A stretch of DNA of 62,982 bases, the filler included. It is 13 parts of 13 records of this genome, joined end to end, with 100 filler letters (N's around TTAATTAATTAA, not from the genome) between each part and the next. Parts side by side here need not be neighbours in the genome. Positions count along the whole stretch, not along the records: positions 59,652 to 62,982 come from SRR11831586_417; 12 more parts are not named here. One strand, written 5' to 3'. The position numbers and the translations under genes were made by a program. Of the stretch, positions 59,652-62,982 are shown piece by piece; position 1 is the stretch's first letter, and every line of letters begins with the position of its first letter. Under the pieces are notes generated by a model. The model was not told where the DNA came from, did not search any database, and saw nothing but the letters and a program-made list of their open reading frames with translations.

Positions 59652-59804
59652 GGGAATTATCCGGCTTACTATGCGGCTATTCGTGATGCGTTAAATGGCG
59701 ATGGTGAAAATCCGGTTCCGGCAAGCCAGGCAATCCAGGTAATGGAGTTGATTGAGCTGGGCATCGAATCCGCCAAACATCGCGCGACTTTGTGCCTTGC
59801 ATGA
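59652..59804 (+). CDS. ydgJ: Putative oxidoreductase YdgJ, 3' end only
   Basis: GNYPAYYAAIRDALNGDGENPV...LCLA-stop, convergent with add. Confidence 0.8.
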   Translation, partial: GNYPAYYAAIRDALNGDGENPVPASQAIQVMELIELGIESAKHRATLCLA

Positions 59805-59836
59805 AAAATGGATGGTGCATTTGCACCATCCATTTT
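59805..59836. terminator. Bidirectional intrinsic terminator between ydgJ and add
   Basis: AAAATGGATGGTGCA-TT-TGCACCATCCATTTT inverted repeat. Confidence 0.8.
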
Positions 59837-59837
59837 G

Positions 59838-60839
59838 TTACTTCGCGGCGACTTTTTCTCGCAGTGCGCGTTTTTCCTCAGCGCTGAGGAAAGCCATTTC
59901 CAGACCATTAATCTGTGCCTGGCGGATTTGCTCGCGGGATAACCCAGCAGCTGGCGCGGCAACGGTATATTCGTGAATGATATCCACTCCCTGTACGCCG
60001 GGATCGTCAGTGTTAATGCTGGCACGAATGCCATGCTCAAGGAACGTTTTCAGCGGATGTGCAGCCAGCTCTGCTACGGTGCTGGTCTGAATATTGGAGG
60101 TCAGACAGGATTCAATACCAATTTGTTGCTCGGCGAGAAAATCCATCAGCGCCCGATCTTCAATGGCTTTTACGCCATGTCCAATACGCTCCGCACCCAG
60201 TTCACGAATCGCCTGCCAGATGCTTTCCGGCCCGGCAGCTTCGCCTGCATGGACGGTAATATGCCAGCCCGCATCACGCGCGCGGTTGAAGTGAGAAAGG
60301 AACAGACTTCCCGGGAAACCAAGTTCATCACCGGCTAAATCAAGTGCGGTAATCTGGTCACGGTGGGCTAAAAAGGCCTCCAGCTCTTGCTGACAGGCGG
60401 CTTCGCCGAAGGTCCGGCTCATAATGCCGATAAGCTTCGCCTGCACACCAAAGGTGCGGCAACCTTCACGTACGCCATCGATCACCGCTTCGACAACACC
60501 CGCTACAGGCAGCTGATGTGCCATTGCCATGTAGCCTGGTGAAAAACGCAGCTCGACATAGTGCAGGCCGTGACGGGCTGCATCTTCAATGTTTTCAAAT
60601 GCCACGCGGCGACAGGCATCAAGAGAGGCGAGAACTTTAACGCCCCAGTCAAGTTTGGTCAGAAAGCTCACCAGATCGGGTTCGTTGGCAATGACCTGAA
60701 CGTGGGGAATCAGTGTTTCCAGGGATTGTGCAGGAAGCGAGATATTATACTGGCGGCCAAGTTCAAGAATGGTCTGGGGACGAATGTTGCCATCAAGGTG
60801 GCGATGGATATCAGTTAATGGCAGGGTGGTATCAATCAT
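59838..60839 (-). CDS. add: Adenosine deaminase
   Basis: [17 protein letters not shown] and NTDDP motifs. Confidence 0.98.
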
Positions 60840-60942
60840 GGTCGCACTCTTTTTCTGGATATAAAAGTGCGCACCATTATAAAAACAAAGCAGGGTAAAA
60901 ATCCACGATTGCGCAACGATTTTTTACGTTGCGCAATTGGGG

Positions 60943-62115
60943 TTAACGAACAGCGCGGATGGCGTTAATTAATCCAGCCACACCTTTTTCCAGTTTCGAA
61001 CGTGGGCAGCCGGCATTGAGACGGACAAAACCACGACCTTCTTCACCGTAGGTATACCCCGGCATGATCGCGACTTTTTCTTGTTCGATAAGTGCTTTTT
61101 GCAACGCGTTGTCGTCAATATTCAACGGACGTAAATCAAGCCATGCCAGATAAGTGGATTGTGGGATCTGCCAGTTGAGTTCAGGAAACGCGGCGTTCAT
61201 TTTATCTGCGATATACGTCAGGTTATCTTTCAGATAGATGCGTAAGGCATCCAGCCACGGCGCGCCTTGCTGATAGGCGGCGATATGGGCAGTTAACGCC
61301 AGTACCGAAGGGGAAGAAAGCCCATCACGGCCTTTCAGTGCCGATAAATAGGCATCGCGGCTACTGCTATTTTCTATAATCCCGTAAGCACCGGTCAGGG
61401 CGGGAATATTGAAACTTTTCGAGCCCGACGTTAGCAACGCCCAGTCTCCGCGAGCCACATTACTCCAGGGAATATGCGGCTGCTCGCCCCAAACCATATC
61501 CATATGGATTTCATCGGAAATAACCCGCACACCATGACGCTCGCACAGGTCAGCCATGATCTCCAGCTCATCGCACGTCCACACTTTCCCGGTAGGATTC
61601 TGTGGGCTACACAGGAGCATAATTTTACATTCTGGTTTCGCCAACACGGCTTCCAACTTGCCCATATCGCAAAACCAACCATCAGCCTGCTTCTCTAAAG
61701 CAACGGGCATTACTGTGCGCTGGTTACCTTCAATGGCCTTGTAAAATGCGTCATAGGCGGGTGTGTGGATCACCACGCCTTCACCTGTTTCAGACCACTG
61801 ACGAATCAGTTCTGAAACCATATAGATGACAGAAGGGCCATACACCACCGTCTGAGAATCGATGGCGGTGTAATGCTGGGTGGAAAACCAGTGGGCAATA
61901 GCCGCGAGAAACTCATCGTTTTTCCAGCGGCTGTAGCCAAATACGCCGTGCATCAGGCGCTGATTCAGCGCCTCGATAATGCAGGGGGCAGTGGCAAAAT
62001 CCATGTCTGAAATCGTGAACGGTAACAGGTCAGCAGTGCCGAAACGGTCAGCGACATAATCCCACTGTGTACACCATGTGCCATGACGATCCACGACCTT
62101 TGAAAAATCGAACAT
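60943..62115 (-). CDS. malY: Cystathionine beta-lyase / MalT regulator MalY
   Basis: ISDMDF, SDEIH and SKSFN PLP motifs. Confidence 0.97.
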   Translation of the reverse strand: MFDFSKVVDRHGTWCTQWDYVADRFGTADLLPFTISDMDFATAPCIIEALNQRLMHGVFGYSRWKNDEFLAAIAHWFSTQHYTAIDSQTVVYGPSVIYMVSELIRQWSETGEGVVIHTPAYDAFYKAIEGNQRTVMPVALEKQADGWFCDMGKLEAVLAKPECKIMLLCSPQNPTGKVWTCDELEIMADLCERHGVRVISDEIHMDMVWGEQPHIPWSNVARGDWALLTSGSKSFNIPALTGAYGIIENSSSRDAYLSALKGRDGLSSPSVLALTAHIAAYQQGAPWLDALRIYLKDNLTYIADKMNAAFPELNWQIPQSTYLAWLDLRPLNIDDNALQKALIEQEKVAIMPGYTYGEEGRGFVRLNAGCPRSKLEKGVAGLINAIRAVR

Positions 62116-62124
62116 ATCTTATCC

Positions 62125-62982
62125 TTATGCCTGGACAGTATGCATCAGACCGGCCATTTCATCTTTTACTGACTGAACTTGTGGCCCGATAACAACCTGC
62201 AGGTTATGTTGATTAAGTTGTACTACGCCAATTGCCCGATTGTCCTTCAGTGCCTGCACATTAACAAGCGACATATCTTTCACAGACAAACGCAGACGGG
62301 TAATGCAGTTATCGAGGCTGACAATATTGTCGGCACCGCCTAATGCTTCGAGGATTGCAGGAACGTTGTAACCTGATTTACCCGGCGCACCGGCAACGGC
62401 TTTTTCGATTGAGCTGGCAACTTCGCTATCGCGCCCCGGGGTTTTCAGATTGAAGCGGGTGATAGCGAAACGGAAGATGACGTAGTAAACGACAAACCAG
62501 ATTGCCGCCACCACTGGCACCATGTACCACTTGGTTGACAGACCATGCAAAATACCGAACACCACGAAGTCGATGATATTGCCGTCGGTATTACCGATGG
62601 TGACGCCGAGCACAGACATGACGGTGAAGCCGAGGCCGGTTAACAGCGCGTGGATGACATACAGAACTGGCGCTACGAACAGGAACAGGAATTCCAGCGG
62701 TTCGGTAGTGCCGCCAACGACGCAGGCGATCAGGCCAGAAATCAGCAGACCTTTAATTTTATGGCGATTTTCCGGGCGCGCGCAGTGATACATAGCTAAC
62801 GCTGCACCTGGCAGACCGCCGAGAAACGCAGGCATTTTACCTTGCGAAAGGAAACGCGTGGCGCTTTCAGAAAAACCGTGAGTGGTCGGGCAACTCAATT
62901 GCGCCTGGAAGATGGTCAGTGCGCCGCTGACGGTTTGACCGCAGACTTCCTGCGTGCCGCCTGCGTCGGTAAAGCGAATTAA
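62125..62982 (-). CDS. malX: PTS EIICB component MalX, 5'-truncated by window end
   Basis: GTTEPLEF and DNCITRLRL motifs. Confidence 0.96.
   Translation of the reverse strand, partial: LIRFTDAGGTQEVCGQTVSGALTIFQAQLSCPTTHGFSESATRFLSQGKMPAFLGGLPGAALAMYHCARPENRHKIKGLLISGLIACVVGGTTEPLEFLFLFVAPVLYVIHALLTGLGFTVMSVLGVTIGNTDGNIIDFVVFGILHGLSTKWYMVPVVAAIWFVVYYVIFRFAITRFNLKTPGRDSEVASSIEKAVAGAPGKSGYNVPAILEALGGADNIVSLDNCITRLRLSVKDMSLVNVQALKDNRAIGVVQLNQHNLQVVIGPQVQSVKDEMAGLMHTVQA

Overview
This window is not one genomic locus. It is 13 unrelated contigs joined by artificial 100-nt spacers (44 N + TTAATTAATTAA + 44 N). Eight contigs are Escherichia coli K-12-like chromosome: maeB-talA-tktB; thrABC-yaaX; panBC-rpnC-panD-yadEIHG; iraP-phoA-psiF-dgcC-proC-yaiI-aroL-yaiA-aroM-ppnP; waaH-yibQ-envC-gpmM-yibN-grxC-secB-gpsA-cysE-trmL; ypfH-tmcA; dadXA-ycgB; ydgJ-add-malY-malX. 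One contig is the F-plasmid tra region (traQ-trbB-trbJ-trbF-traH-traG). Four contigs (1-7020, 16875-18887, 31211-33415, 40226-45126) come from an unidentified gene-dense microbial eukaryote with short TG-rich spliceosomal introns. The E. coli part carries a 723-nt in-frame phoA deletion typical of DH5alpha-lineage lab strains, plus four single-base frameshifts at homopolymers that look like sequencing errors. The most interesting feature is in the first eukaryotic contig: an intronless PCIF1/CAPAM-like cap m6Am methyltransferase gene (907-2361) lies directly upstream of, and co-oriented with, an intronless full-length FTO-like demethylase gene (2950-4317). This is a candidate writer-eraser gene pair for the same mRNA cap modification. 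All homology calls come from motif recognition by eye; no database search was run.
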